This document shows, piece by piece, positions 40,522 to 49,512 of a stretch of 64,000 nt of DNA (its first letter is position 1; each line of letters begins with the position of its first letter). The position numbers were made by a program, and so were the translations under genes. The notes under the pieces were generated by a model. The model searched no databases. It saw only the letters and a program-made list of their open reading frames with translations, and was not told the DNA's origin. The DNA comes from Obrimoposthia wandeli. Lineage: Eukaryota. The stretch lies in NCBI GenBank assembly GCA_977020255.1, contig CDROCS010000253.1, positions 3,472,001-3,536,000 on the forward strand. The letters are read 5' to 3'.

Positions 40522-40701
40522 ATGTTTTCAATATTTAAGAAAAACCCAATAAAAAAACTAAACAAACGCTATGAAGCCAAACTTGAAAAAGCCATGTACG
40601 CACAAAGAAATGGAGATATAAAATCCTATTCGATGATTACTGCTGAAGCTGAAAAAATAGCGATTGAAATAGAAGAGTTAGAAAAATTAGAAAAAAAGTA
40701 A
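40522..40701 (+). CDS. Small protein, DUF6435-like (59 aa), inverted relative to the array
   Basis: Hand translation MFSIFKKNPIKKLNKRYEAKLEKAMYAQRNGDIKSYSMITAEAEKIAIEIEELEKLEKK; GGAG upstream. Confidence 0.8.
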   Translation: MFSIFKKNPIKKLNKRYEAKLEKAMYAQRNGDIKSYSMITAEAEKIAIEIEELEKLEKK

Positions 40702-40753
40702 CGCAAATCAACGACTTTAATTGACTTATAGTGTCAATTATCGCTTGTTAGCA
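40696..40753 (-). repeat. Internally deleted attC remnant
   Basis: ...TAACGC at left and ...CGCTTGTTAGCA at right, only ~58 bp apart. Confidence 0.45.
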
Positions 40754-40763
40754 GGTTACTACC

Positions 40764-40976
40764 CTATTCCTTTTCTAACTTAGGGACGCCAATATAATAT
40801 AAAACGACTAAAAAATTAAATACTGGAACTAAGCCTGTAATGATGGCTATTTTCCAATTCCTATTTTTACTTTTTGCTAACAAAAAACATAAAATAGATA
40901 GTGATAATAATTGGACAGGCCAAATGATTGACATTATGGATATTTCACTATTCTTTATCATTTCTAAAATATGCAA
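40764..40976 (-). CDS. Small two-TM membrane protein, cassette gene
   Basis: 70 aa, lies between two attC remnants, AGGAG upstream. Confidence 0.7.
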   Translation of the reverse strand: MHILEMIKNSEISIMSIIWPVQLLSLSILCFLLAKSKNRNWKIAIITGLVPVFNFLVVLYYIGVPKLEKE

Positions 40977-40994
40977 AACTTTCTCCTTTAGTAA

Positions 40995-41104
40995 ATCTAA
41001 CTAGCTCCGCGTTAAGCGGACTAAAATTGTGGGCTCTAATGTGAGAGAAGTGAAACAGCCAGCTGTTATTTTTACGTTTGAATGCCTTATACCTGCTGGT
41101 TATA
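40995..41104 (-). repeat. Eroded attC site
   Basis: CTAAC...GCGTTAAGCGGACTAAAATTGTGGGCT..AATGTGAG.GAAGTGAAACAGCCAGCTGTT. Confidence 0.75.
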
Positions 41105-41105
41105 A

Positions 41106-41366
41106 TTAATAATGATAGCGGCAGGATATAACTGTTATATGACTATCACTAACGGCATATACAAGACGATTAGACTCATCCACACGTCTTGACCAAAAAC
41201 CTGATAAATTCTCTTTTAAAGATTCAGGTTTTCCGATCCCCTCAACTGGAGACCGCTTAGTGTCGATAATTAATTTATTAATCCTTTTAAGCGTTTTTTT
41301 ATCTTGCCCCTGCCAATATACATAATCAGCCCATGCATCATCCGTCCACGCTAACAACCTAGTCAT
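41106..41366 (-). CDS. yoeB: Txe/YoeB family toxin
   Basis: WTDDAWADYVYWQ, GIGKPESLK.NLSGFWSRR.D..NRLVY, SCRYHY. Confidence 0.95.
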   Translation of the reverse strand: MTRLLAWTDDAWADYVYWQGQDKKTLKRINKLIIDTKRSPVEGIGKPESLKENLSGFWSRRVDESNRLVYAVSDSHITVISCRYHY

Positions 41367-41613
41367 TTAATATTTCTCGCTCAATCACTTGAGCTGATTT
41401 ATATTGTTCAATAGAGCGAGTTAAATGAACTACGTTAGCTGGTGACTTTAATAAGTGAACAGTTTCCATCAAGCTGTTGTAATGATCCATAGACATAACA
41501 ACAGCATCTTCAGAGTCTCTACGTGTAATTACAGTATAGTCTGCGTCGTTTACGACATTATCAAGTACAGATTTAAGCCCATTTCTTGCTTCAGTAAAAG
41601 ATACAATTCTCAT
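41359..41613 (-). CDS. yefM: YefM/Phd family antitoxin
   Basis: SFTEARNGLKSVLD, VITRR..E.AVVMS..HYNSLMETVHLL.SP.N; overlaps yoeB. Confidence 0.95.
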   Translation of the reverse strand: MRIVSFTEARNGLKSVLDNVVNDADYTVITRRDSEDAVVMSMDHYNSLMETVHLLKSPANVVHLTRSIEQYKSAQVIEREILND

Positions 41614-41632
41614 AGTATCCTCCTTTCATAGT

Positions 41633-41690
41633 TGTACAGGTAATAGGACAAGTCTAACTAAAAAGAATTACTTGTGCAAGATCATGTACA
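41633..41690. promoter_or_regulatory. Putative YefM-YoeB operator (TGTACA-type palindromes)
   Basis: TGTACA at 41633 and 41685; TGTGCA at 41673, 12 bp from 41685, matching the known YefM operator spacing. Confidence 0.55.
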
Positions 41691-41858
41691 AGTTCAATCG
41701 CACCCAGTAGATTTCTCCAATCGTAATAACCACTTTTAGAGAAACCGTTGCGACTGTTTTGATATGATGCCAACAACAAAACTCAGTTGAACAGCGTTAA
41801 CTTTACAGTCATTTGAATACTTCCAAGTTCGTCTTGAAAACCCTTGTTAGGTGAATTT

Positions 41859-42230
41859 TTAAAAACGTTTATCTATTGCTATTACTTGGAAGGCATCTTC
41901 GTAGTAGGTTTTAAATAAATAATCACATTTTAATATCTGAATTTGAACATCGTGCTCTTTAAGTATTGCAATTAAGTTATACATTAAAGTAATAAAAGTT
42001 TGAGCTGATACTTTAAACCACGATACAGCATCACTTGGCCAATTATTATTACTCCAAGGAGGACAAGGCAATTCATCATTAAATTGTTCAAAAATGCATT
42101 CAACCAACTCTTCTTCATAAGGTGCTAATAAATCATTGTTTTTTAGATATGCAGCTTCAGTTAAAGGGCCGTGCATATCTCTTGGGTTTTCATCATCTGC
42201 ACCAATAGCAAATCGTATATACATATTCAC
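41859..42230 (-). CDS. Hypothetical protein, cassette gene
   Basis: 123 aa ORF bounded by complementary cores GTTAGGT (41846-52) and ACCTAAC (42229-35). Confidence 0.8.
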   Translation of the reverse strand: MNMYIRFAIGADDENPRDMHGPLTEAAYLKNNDLLAPYEEELVECIFEQFNDELPCPPWSNNNWPSDAVSWFKVSAQTFITLMYNLIAILKEHDVQIQILKCDYLFKTYYEDAFQVIAIDKRF

Positions 42231-42235
42231 CTAAC

Positions 42236-42412
42236 GAGACTGTAGAATTTCTTTTTTAGAAAAATCAGCCTCAAAAATTATTAAAAATTAAGCCCCAAAA
42301 CGCGTTGCTACATGAAATCTGAGGCAATAGCCTACTAGAAAATGACTTTGATAGGCTCTCTGAACATAAATTCCATCCGTCATTTTCTACTTTGGATAAA
42401 TTCTACAGCTTC
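42236..42412. mobile_element. 177-bp MITE with IS1182-like ends
   Basis: TIR GAGACTGTAGAATTT / AAATTCTACAGCTTC (13/15); flanked by AAC at 42233-35 and 42413-15. Confidence 0.8.
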
Positions 42413-42415
42413 AAC

Positions 42416-44307
42416 GAGGCTGTAGAATTACTCGTTTTTATATTATTTTTAATCGTAATACTCTAACTGGATTATTTTCTGTTAACAATCAAAAACGTTT
42501 ACGCTTTTGGCGATTTTTATTTTGACATCGTTGACAGTTCAATAATGATTAGTTTTTTACTTGTTTTGTCTTTTGAGGTTACTTTAGTGGGGGGAAACAG
42601 GGGTTTTCCCTTAGTGCAGGTTGTTTCTTAACTTCTCTATATTATGAACTAAGCAATACATCTGCCACTGGGTATTCACTTTTTCTTGGCCACGCAAAGT
42701 GAATTTATTCATGCCTTTATTGACAGTGATGTTACCAAATACCGGCTCGATTGTGCCTAATCGCTTACTGTATTGTCGTCGTCCAGCGCTACTGTCTATT
42801 TTTATCTTCATTTTGTCAGTGTAACTGATGACATTATCTGAGCTGTCGTTAACAAACTGCACCTGACGCCCTGTTTTGGTCGGCGCTTTACGCATGCATT
42901 GTTGTCGCAGTGGGCAGACCTTACAGTCTTTTAAATAGCCGGTGAAACGGGTGTAACTTTTTCCAGCAACATTGATATGATTACTCTGTAGCCACATGTC
43001 CTTGCCCGCTGGGCAACGGCAGGTTTCAGTGTCTTTATCAAAGTAAAAATCATCACCACTAAATTGTTTAGGTTTACCTTTACTGCGCTTTAATCGCCGT
43101 TTTTCTTTTTCTGTTGCATAGGTTTCACTTATTTGAAACAGCGGGTTACGACTTCTAAAAGCATTATCAGCCATGTAACTATCAAGCCTGGTGCTTGCCA
43201 TATACGCTAGATTAACTTCACTATGAAAACCACTGTCGGCAGTAAACTTGGCTGTGGAAAAGGTATCGGGGGTGCCAAGATTATTGAGTTGTTGCTTGAG
43301 TTGCTCTACCGCTGGTTTTAATGTTTGTTGCTCTGAAACACTGCCCCATGTTTGCGCTTGTAAGATTATTTGATGTTTGTCGTCGTTAATCGCAATGCCA
43401 TTGTAACCTTGGATGGTGCCTTTACCGGTGGTCATTTTTGCGCTGTCAGGGTCGGTAATATTACTCTTAATTGGCTTGCCTTGGCTACCCAGCTTATCTT
43501 CATTGTTAGTGAGGAATTCTTTTATTTTTATCGCGCTATTATCGAGTTTGGTCTTTTGCTTTAGGTCATGTTCTATTTCATCTTCATTCAAGCCATCTTG
43601 GGCTTGATGCCTAGCTAAAATTCGTTGACTGGCTCGACGCAGTTTCGCTTCTTTACGAGTGAGCTCTTCAATGGTGCCGCTCCATTCTTTACTCGCGTTA
43701 GACTTGATTTTGCAGCCATCAATTGAAAACATTTGCCGACCAATCAAGCCTTCTTTATCACATATCATCAAGACTTGGGTGAACAGTGGCTCTATTTGGT
43801 CTTTCATACGGGCAACAAATGAGGCGATAGCCGTAAAATGGGGTTGTACGTCACCCGATAAACTCATGAAGGTAATGTTAGTTTCACAGGCATTCGCAAT
43901 ACGACGACTAGTGATATACCCGCGAGAGTAGGCAAATAATATGATTTTTAACATCACGGCTGGAGAATAGGCGGCTGCGCCGCCTTTGTCATTATTGAAC
44001 CACGCATCAAACCCTGACAAATCAAGGTGATTATCAATAATATGCGCGAGCGCATATTCAAACGTACCAGGAACAATTTGAACTGAAAAATCAACGGGAA
44101 TGAATTTACTTTGGCAGGATAAATCGGGTTTGTAGTTCGCCATGACAGGTTTACTGTTTTGGTTTCTAGAATAACCTATCTATTAGATCACAGACAAGAT
44201 CGGGATTCAAACCTAGCTTCCCAAACCAATCGACCTTTGATTAACAAAATATAAAAAAGCAAAAAGACATAATTTCAAACGTCTTTTGGAGAAATTTACG
44301 ATACCTC
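42416..44307 (-). mobile_element. IS1182-family insertion sequence (~1.9 kb)
   Basis: End GAGGCTGTAGAATT at 42416; degenerate opposite end ...AAATTTACGATACCTC at 44307; AAC on both sides; carries the transposase. Confidence 0.75.
42611..44143 (-). CDS. IS1182-family DDE transposase, apparently intact
   Basis: 510 aa; AYSPAVMLKIILFAYSRG..TSRRI..AC, SIDGCKIKSNAS, NITDPDS..M, TADSGF, C-terminal YSKRLGTIEPVFGNI. Confidence 0.9.
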   Translation of the reverse strand: MANYKPDLSCQSKFIPVDFSVQIVPGTFEYALAHIIDNHLDLSGFDAWFNNDKGGAAAYSPAVMLKIILFAYSRGYITSRRIANACETNITFMSLSGDVQPHFTAIASFVARMKDQIEPLFTQVLMICDKEGLIGRQMFSIDGCKIKSNASKEWSGTIEELTRKEAKLRRASQRILARHQAQDGLNEDEIEHDLKQKTKLDNSAIKIKEFLTNNEDKLGSQGKPIKSNITDPDSAKMTTGKGTIQGYNGIAINDDKHQIILQAQTWGSVSEQQTLKPAVEQLKQQLNNLGTPDTFSTAKFTADSGFHSEVNLAYMASTRLDSYMADNAFRSRNPLFQISETYATEKEKRRLKRSKGKPKQFSGDDFYFDKDTETCRCPAGKDMWLQSNHINVAGKSYTRFTGYLKDCKVCPLRQQCMRKAPTKTGRQVQFVNDSSDNVISYTDKMKIKIDSSAGRRQYSKRLGTIEPVFGNITVNKGMNKFTLRGQEKVNTQWQMYCLVHNIEKLRNNLH

Positions 44308-44437
44308 AACGCCTCCCATAAAATACCAACGCTGAGCAAGAAAGCAAAAAAATATGTTTGTTGCTAAAATGTTGAACGCCGGCGAAAACAACGAAAACAG
44401 CAAACTGTTTTTTTGTCCGTTTGAGCACTTGTTATAT
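44308..44437 (-). repeat. attC site interrupted at its crossover triplet by the IS and MITE
   Basis: AACGCC...GCTAAAATGT...CAGCAAACTGTTTTTTTGTCCGTTTGAGCACTTGTTATAT; carries ~20 extra nt near the left end. Confidence 0.75.
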
Positions 44438-45646
44438 TTATTCTTGTAACGCCAGCATGGTATGCTCAAAGCGAACACCTACTTTATGAAGTAAGGCATA
44501 AGCTTTCATAACTTTTTCTGTAGGAAAGACTCACCGTTGCACTTTTACCCCCAATGCTCATTCCGTTATAACTTTCACCTCAGAGCTAACTACTAGCGAA
44601 TACGCACTCAAGGGCTTATCCGTGACGGAATCCTCGTATTTCTAAGTCTGGAGGAAGCCGCTGCAAACTTGCGAAACTATGGCTCAAGTTTGGGTGGTTT
44701 GAACATCATATGAGGCGTAGACTAAAGTTTTTCCATTTCTTTTATTTGTTTTTCAGCCTTAATAACGAAACAAGTGATCTAATAGTCACCGTAATGATTT
44801 TTGCAGCTCCTAGTGCTTGAAAGAAAGTGCATGTCCTTTCTTCTTTTTATCTGGGAAAGATGAATTCAAAATTTGAGCTTGGATTTCGAGTATTCAGCAA
44901 CTTAACCTTCTTTTTATTAAGGCTTTCACTTTTTCGGTACAAATATTCTTGGCTTTTAAATTTTTCTCGGCTTAGTTCGAGCTGCTGACGAGCGATATCA
45001 TTACTTTTATCTGACATTTCGTTTGCTTGATAAGCTACGATGGTAGGTAATATCCTTGATTAAGCAGAAGATCAGCAAACGGCATAGTAAACTTGTTTAT
45101 AAAAAAACCAACCATTGCGGTAAAGCCCATGACTAATGGTTGGGAATGGTGAAGACCAGAACATTCTTTATACTTCTTCTAAAGAAGGAACATTTGGGCT
45201 GCATACACTCATTAAAGAACACTACATCCACATTGCCGGATCTGGTAATGATCATTTATTGGCGAGCTTATGTTTGTTTTTATTGAGGATCAACCCCAGC
45301 CTTTCATGAAAACCTTATCACTAAACAATGTTAACGGACCTCTCTTATCGAAAAATTTTTAGCTAGCGCTTGATATTACAGTCCAAAGCCAATAAAGGCA
45401 GTGTCAGGTATTGATGGAATGACGAATGGAGTGACTTTCCTGCAGAAGTCTAACAAGTGGAAAACATAAACTTTACAGCTTTACTCGCCAAGAACATACC
45501 TATTTGGGGCAACTCGTACTAATATTAGTGGCTGTCACTTGAGAATTCACACTATTAATAAAGTTAATAGCTTTAAACTCAAACCCACAATCTGGGTTTG
45601 TACATTTCACAGGAATATGATCTTGCTTTCGCATTGCTAATGCCAT
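44438..45646 (-). pseudogene. Degraded cassette gene (N-terminal Cys motif, probable TM, coiled coil)
   Basis: AAGAGGA plus ATG 45646: MALAMRKQDHIPVKCTNPDCG...SCPK-stop; later VAYQANEMSDKSNDIARQQLELSREK; many internal stops. Confidence 0.6.
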
Positions 45647-45692
45647 GAAATCCTCTTTCAATTAGTTGTGGCTGAGTAGAGATTATGTTGAG

Positions 45693-45789
45693 CTATAACG
45701 CCACGTTAAGCGGCAAAAAATTGTTGGCTAAAATGTGAACGGAGTGAAACAGCCAACTGTTTTTTGTCCGTTTGAACGTCTTGTTATGT
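45693..45789 (-). repeat. attC site
   Basis: CTATAACGCCACGTTAAGCGGC...GGCTAAAATGTG...CAGCCAACTG...CTTGTTATGT. Confidence 0.92.
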
Positions 45790-46066
45790 AATTGGTATTT
45801 AAGCGCTTTACACTAACAAAATACATTGAAAGTTAATAGATAAACGAGAGTGAATACAACACCACCGCCTAATAAACACCAAACCTTGCCTTTGAGCCAA
45901 CACAGATAACCGATTTAACGCGACACGAATAAACCCGATAAACAAAAACAAACTTCCTCGCGTCTTACTATTCAACAATACTTGGCGAAAACTCAAAGAT
46001 ACAAATACAACGCTAGTTTTAAGCCATTAACGTTTTACACGTATTTTACCTAGAAAATAAGGCGGT
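45790..46066 (-). other. Gene-less cassette
   Basis: Complementary cores GTTATGT/ACATAAC; no credible ORF; A/C-rich on the + strand. Confidence 0.75.
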
Positions 46067-46167
46067 ACATAACGCCCTGTTAAGGGGCTGATAATAGTTT
46101 GCTAAAATGTGTAGCGAAGCGAAACCGAGCAAACTGTTAGCAGTCCCGCTTGAAATTCTTGTTATGT
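46067..46167 (-). repeat. attC site
   Basis: ACATAAC...GTTATGT, 101 bp, internal inverted arms GTTTGCT/AGCAAAC. Confidence 0.95.
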
Positions 46168-46177
46168 GTATGAAAAC

Positions 46178-46564
46178 CTAACCTTTATTTAGGCCAAGAT
46201 CTATATGCGCGATAATATAACCATATTCCTTGTCACTTAGTTTATTGTTTTTATGTAATTCTTTAGCGTAATCAAAAGTCCAAGGGTTACCATTTGGAGA
46301 TAAAGGTATATTTAACTCATTTTTAGAAGGACTCATCGATAACTTTATGCCCTTTACAGCTTTTTTAGCACAATAACTTAAAATATACTCAACCGCATAT
46401 TTATCGACAGAAGGTGCCCAAGTGTATTCAGTTTCACATGCTGTTTTGTGCTCACCATCCGAAGTGATGTACTCAAGTTCCCCTTGAGTAGCGCACGAAA
46501 CCAAAACGAGCACTAGTGATAATGAAAATAACAGTCGCAATTTAATACCCACCTTCTGATACAC
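46178..46564 (-). CDS. Putative lipoprotein, cassette gene
   Basis: 128 aa, lipobox LVSC. Confidence 0.75.
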   Translation of the reverse strand: MYQKVGIKLRLLFSLSLVLVLVSCATQGELEYITSDGEHKTACETEYTWAPSVDKYAVEYILSYCAKKAVKGIKLSMSPSKNELNIPLSPNGNPWTFDYAKELHKNNKLSDKEYGYIIAHIDLGLNKG

Positions 46565-46662
46565 ATAACGCCCTGTTAAGGGGCAAATTGTAGTTGGCTA
46601 AAATGTGAAGCGGAGCGGAAAAAGCCAACTGTTATTTGTCCCGCTTGAACAGCTTGTTAGTT
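46563..46662 (-). repeat. attC site
   Basis: ACATAACGCCCTGTTAAGGGGC...GTTAGTT, 100 bp. Confidence 0.95.
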
Positions 46663-47334
46663 TTACATTGCAAATACACTGTTTATGCTTTGCCCTTGCT
46701 TCAATTTTTCTAAGTTTTCATAGAGCTGAGACTTATTAACACCGCTCGCTAGAACCTTTGCGGCTTGATAATGCTTAAGCGTAAAATTAAAAGTTTGATT
46801 TTTTATCGAATTGACTTCTTCTGGAGGTAAATCTATATTTTCTAATAAGTAAGGTTTTCTAAAATCAACCTGCGTACCTATTCCTTCGTTAAACCAAATT
46901 GGTAAATTTATAAATTTTAACCAACCAACCCTAAAGTGAACTTCTGCATGCATAAATTCATGTGCAATGACATCAACATTTTGCCCTTCAGGTCCTAGAA
47001 CGATACACTCACCCAATGGGGAGTAAAGCATTCTTCCCCATTCGTTTGAACCTAAATCAGATGCTTCTACTTTATTTGTAGCGATAACTACTTTTGGGTT
47101 AGATTCCATTTTACCAAAAGTATCGTCAATTCTAGATTTTCCTTGCTTAATTTTAGAAAGTAGCTCTCCTTTTTTATCAAGGCTAAAAGAGGTACTTGCA
47201 AAAATATTTGGAGCAATTTCTGAATAACTTGAATACCCAATAAATTCACACCCTAATGTGTGCCTCTCAGTGTAAACACCTATAACAAAAATCAAACCAA
47301 TAATTGAGAATAAAGATAACCATAATTTTGTCAC
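46663..47334 (-). CDS. Membrane-anchored/exported protein with HExxH zinc-metallopeptidase motif, cassette gene
   Basis: N-terminal TM; IAHEFMHAEVH...PIWFNEGIG. Confidence 0.78.
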   Translation of the reverse strand: MTKLWLSLFSIIGLIFVIGVYTERHTLGCEFIGYSSYSEIAPNIFASTSFSLDKKGELLSKIKQGKSRIDDTFGKMESNPKVVIATNKVEASDLGSNEWGRMLYSPLGECIVLGPEGQNVDVIAHEFMHAEVHFRVGWLKFINLPIWFNEGIGTQVDFRKPYLLENIDLPPEEVNSIKNQTFNFTLKHYQAAKVLASGVNKSQLYENLEKLKQGQSINSVFAM

Positions 47335-47349
47335 AAAACCTCCTTGTAA

Positions 47350-47451
47350 AACTAACGCCCGTATTAACAGGCAAACAAATAGCGGGTTAAAATAGTGAAC
47401 GCAGTGAACAAAACCCGCTGTTTTTTGTCCTAGTTAAATCGCTTGTTATAC
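47350..47451 (-). repeat. attC site
   Basis: AACTAAC...GTTATAC; inner arms AGCGGGTT/AACCCGCT. Confidence 0.93.
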
Positions 47452-47693
47452 GGTAAGGGGAACAAACCTCGCCAAACACTCGACGTTCAACATGCTGATT
47501 ATAGGCAGAAATTCACAAATAAATCAAAGTACTCAAACAACTCGCTCAAAGAGCGCTTTAAAAAGAGAAGTATACGCCAAGCCTTCGGTTAGATTTTGTG
47601 GATATTAAAACGCCAAGCTTATGCTGTAGAAAGCCGGACTTTACCCGCCTTTCATACAGCCACCTTCTCAAAGGACTCTTCACTTGTCTTGCC
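47452..47693 (-). other. Gene-less cassette
   Basis: Complementary cores GTTATAC/GTATAAC; no ORF of 60 aa or more. Confidence 0.75.
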
Positions 47694-47796
47694 GTATAAC
47701 GCCCAAATAACAGGCTAAGTAATGGTTGGCTAAAATTGTGTAGCGAAGCGAAACGTAGCCAACTGTTACGTGTCCTTGTTGATTTTCTTGTTAGCT
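47694..47796 (-). repeat. attC site
   Basis: GTATAACGCC...GTTAGCT. Confidence 0.95.
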
Positions 47797-47797
47797 T

Positions 47798-48385
47798 TTA
47801 AATTGAACTAATACAACACCTTTTAAACTTTTTACCACTATTACAATTACACAATTCATTTCTACCTTGTTTCTTTTTTGTGACATAAGGTAGTCTTTGA
47901 AAATTAGTCTGTGGTTGTATGGCTTTTTGGATAGCATTTTGAATCATTTCATCCACTTCTGATTCTGATAAAGAATCATTATTTGATGATGTAATCATCA
48001 AACCAATTGCCATTAGGATTATGGTAATGAAAGCATAAAGCTCTATTCTGGTTTTAGGTAGAATTGCAGCAAATGAACTTAACTCTGGTGTCTCTTTTTG
48101 AATTTGTTCGTTTACTTCTTCTCGAGTTTGATTGTTCTTTTGTGCATTAGTTAATATCGCAGATAGAACTTTCAACTGTTCTACAGTCTTTAAGGTACCT
48201 GAAATTAATTTAATCGCATTCCCTGTTATGTCATAGACGCCATCAGGTACACTGCCTGTAGCTCCACAATTAGGGCAAGGTCCAACCTTATTCCCGCTAA
48301 GGGTGACATTAGTACAGTTTTCAAAAACAAATCCTGACCCAAATATAGCGCCACAATTATCACAAAAGGCTGGCATTTCTGGCAC
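47798..48385 (-). CDS. Zinc-ribbon / TM / SEC-C motif protein, cassette gene
   Basis: CDNC...CPNC, central hydrophobic helix, GRNELCNCNSGKKFKRCC. Confidence 0.85.
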   Translation of the reverse strand: MPEMPAFCDNCGAIFGSGFVFENCTNVTLSGNKVGPCPNCGATGSVPDGVYDITGNAIKLISGTLKTVEQLKVLSAILTNAQKNNQTREEVNEQIQKETPELSSFAAILPKTRIELYAFITIILMAIGLMITSSNNDSLSESEVDEMIQNAIQKAIQPQTNFQRLPYVTKKKQGRNELCNCNSGKKFKRCCISSI

Positions 48386-48400
48386 GGTACTCTCCTTAAA

Positions 48401-48496
48401 AGCTAACGCCTAAATAACAGGCTAAAAATAGTGGGCTAAAATGGAGCGAAGCGAACAGCCCGCTGTTTTTAGTCCTTGTTGATTTTCTTGTTATAT
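48401..48496 (-). repeat. attC site
   Basis: AGCTAACGCC...GTTATAT. Confidence 0.95.
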
Positions 48497-49488
48497 TGGT
48501 CCTGCGACATTCAGAAATGCCTCACCAACTTCTTTTACGTAATTATCTATTATTTTCATAAAGACCACTGAGTCTTTATAATCCAAACCACTATTTTCAT
48601 CTTCGATATATGCACCCAGAAATATAGTAGTTATTTGAGCCAAACTAATTGCAGTAAAATGAGCAGGCTCCGTTAGCCCTGAGTTTGATTGGCCACAAAG
48701 TAACATATCTTGTTTTGCCTCATTCATTGCATACAATGAAGCCATTTCAAAATAATCAGAATGTATATTACGATTAGCTAATTTTATAATTATGTGACCA
48801 CTTCTCAAGTCCTACGTACTCGCTCAACTTGCCTATTTGTGCAAATTTCGTGTGCTTACGTGCCCAATTCCAATGAGACTCTCCATTGGTAATTTCTTTT
48901 TTTAAATTGGAATAATATTCAGATTCTTCATCCGTAAAAGTTTCCTGTCCCATTGCTTCCGCTGTTTTTCGGTGCTCTTCAATACCTTCCGCTGTGTGAA
49001 CAACTCCCTGTTTAATGTAATCAATTGCAGCATCTTTTCCATGTTTCTTTATAACCAGACAAGTAACTACCATTTCATACAATGTACGCCAACGAGCCAG
49101 TGCAGCATCAGTGTCCCTCCTTCAAGGAGGTGAATTATTTCATTCGAAATAGCTGACATGCATGCGCATGTTGACGAAGAAAAACACCAATTAACTCATC
49201 AGTTTCATATTTAGGGATTTTCAAAAATTGCTCTTGAAAATTCATTCCTGCTTGTAAGCACGTTTCTCTTAAAGCATGAAGTTTACGAAAGCCAACAGAC
49301 CATTTTTCTCTGTTTCTTTTTATAAAAGCATCATGTTCAGAAACAACACTTTTGACTCTTATTTCTTCTTGATCTTTAGTATCTTCGATTAATATATCGG
49401 ATGCTAAATTTATGATGGACTCGTAACTTGGATTTTCTCCATTTTCACGAAGCTTAGCTTCAGCTAGATCTAAAAATTCTTCGAACAC
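48491..49488 (-). pseudogene. Frameshifted single cassette gene, DUF5677/HEPN-like
   Basis: Three overlapping ORF pieces within one cassette; the junction reads IIHLLEGG/TDAALARWRTLYE, later LANRNIHS. Confidence 0.65.
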
Positions 49489-49512
49489 TTATAACTCCAA
49501 AGTTTGAGACCA

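Noticed and set aside
45808-45996. 62-aa hydrophobic ORF in a gene-less cassette
   Set aside because: No RBS, and composition follows from the T/G-rich strand; the same applies to ORFs at 49894-50113, 50912-51338 and 54840-55281
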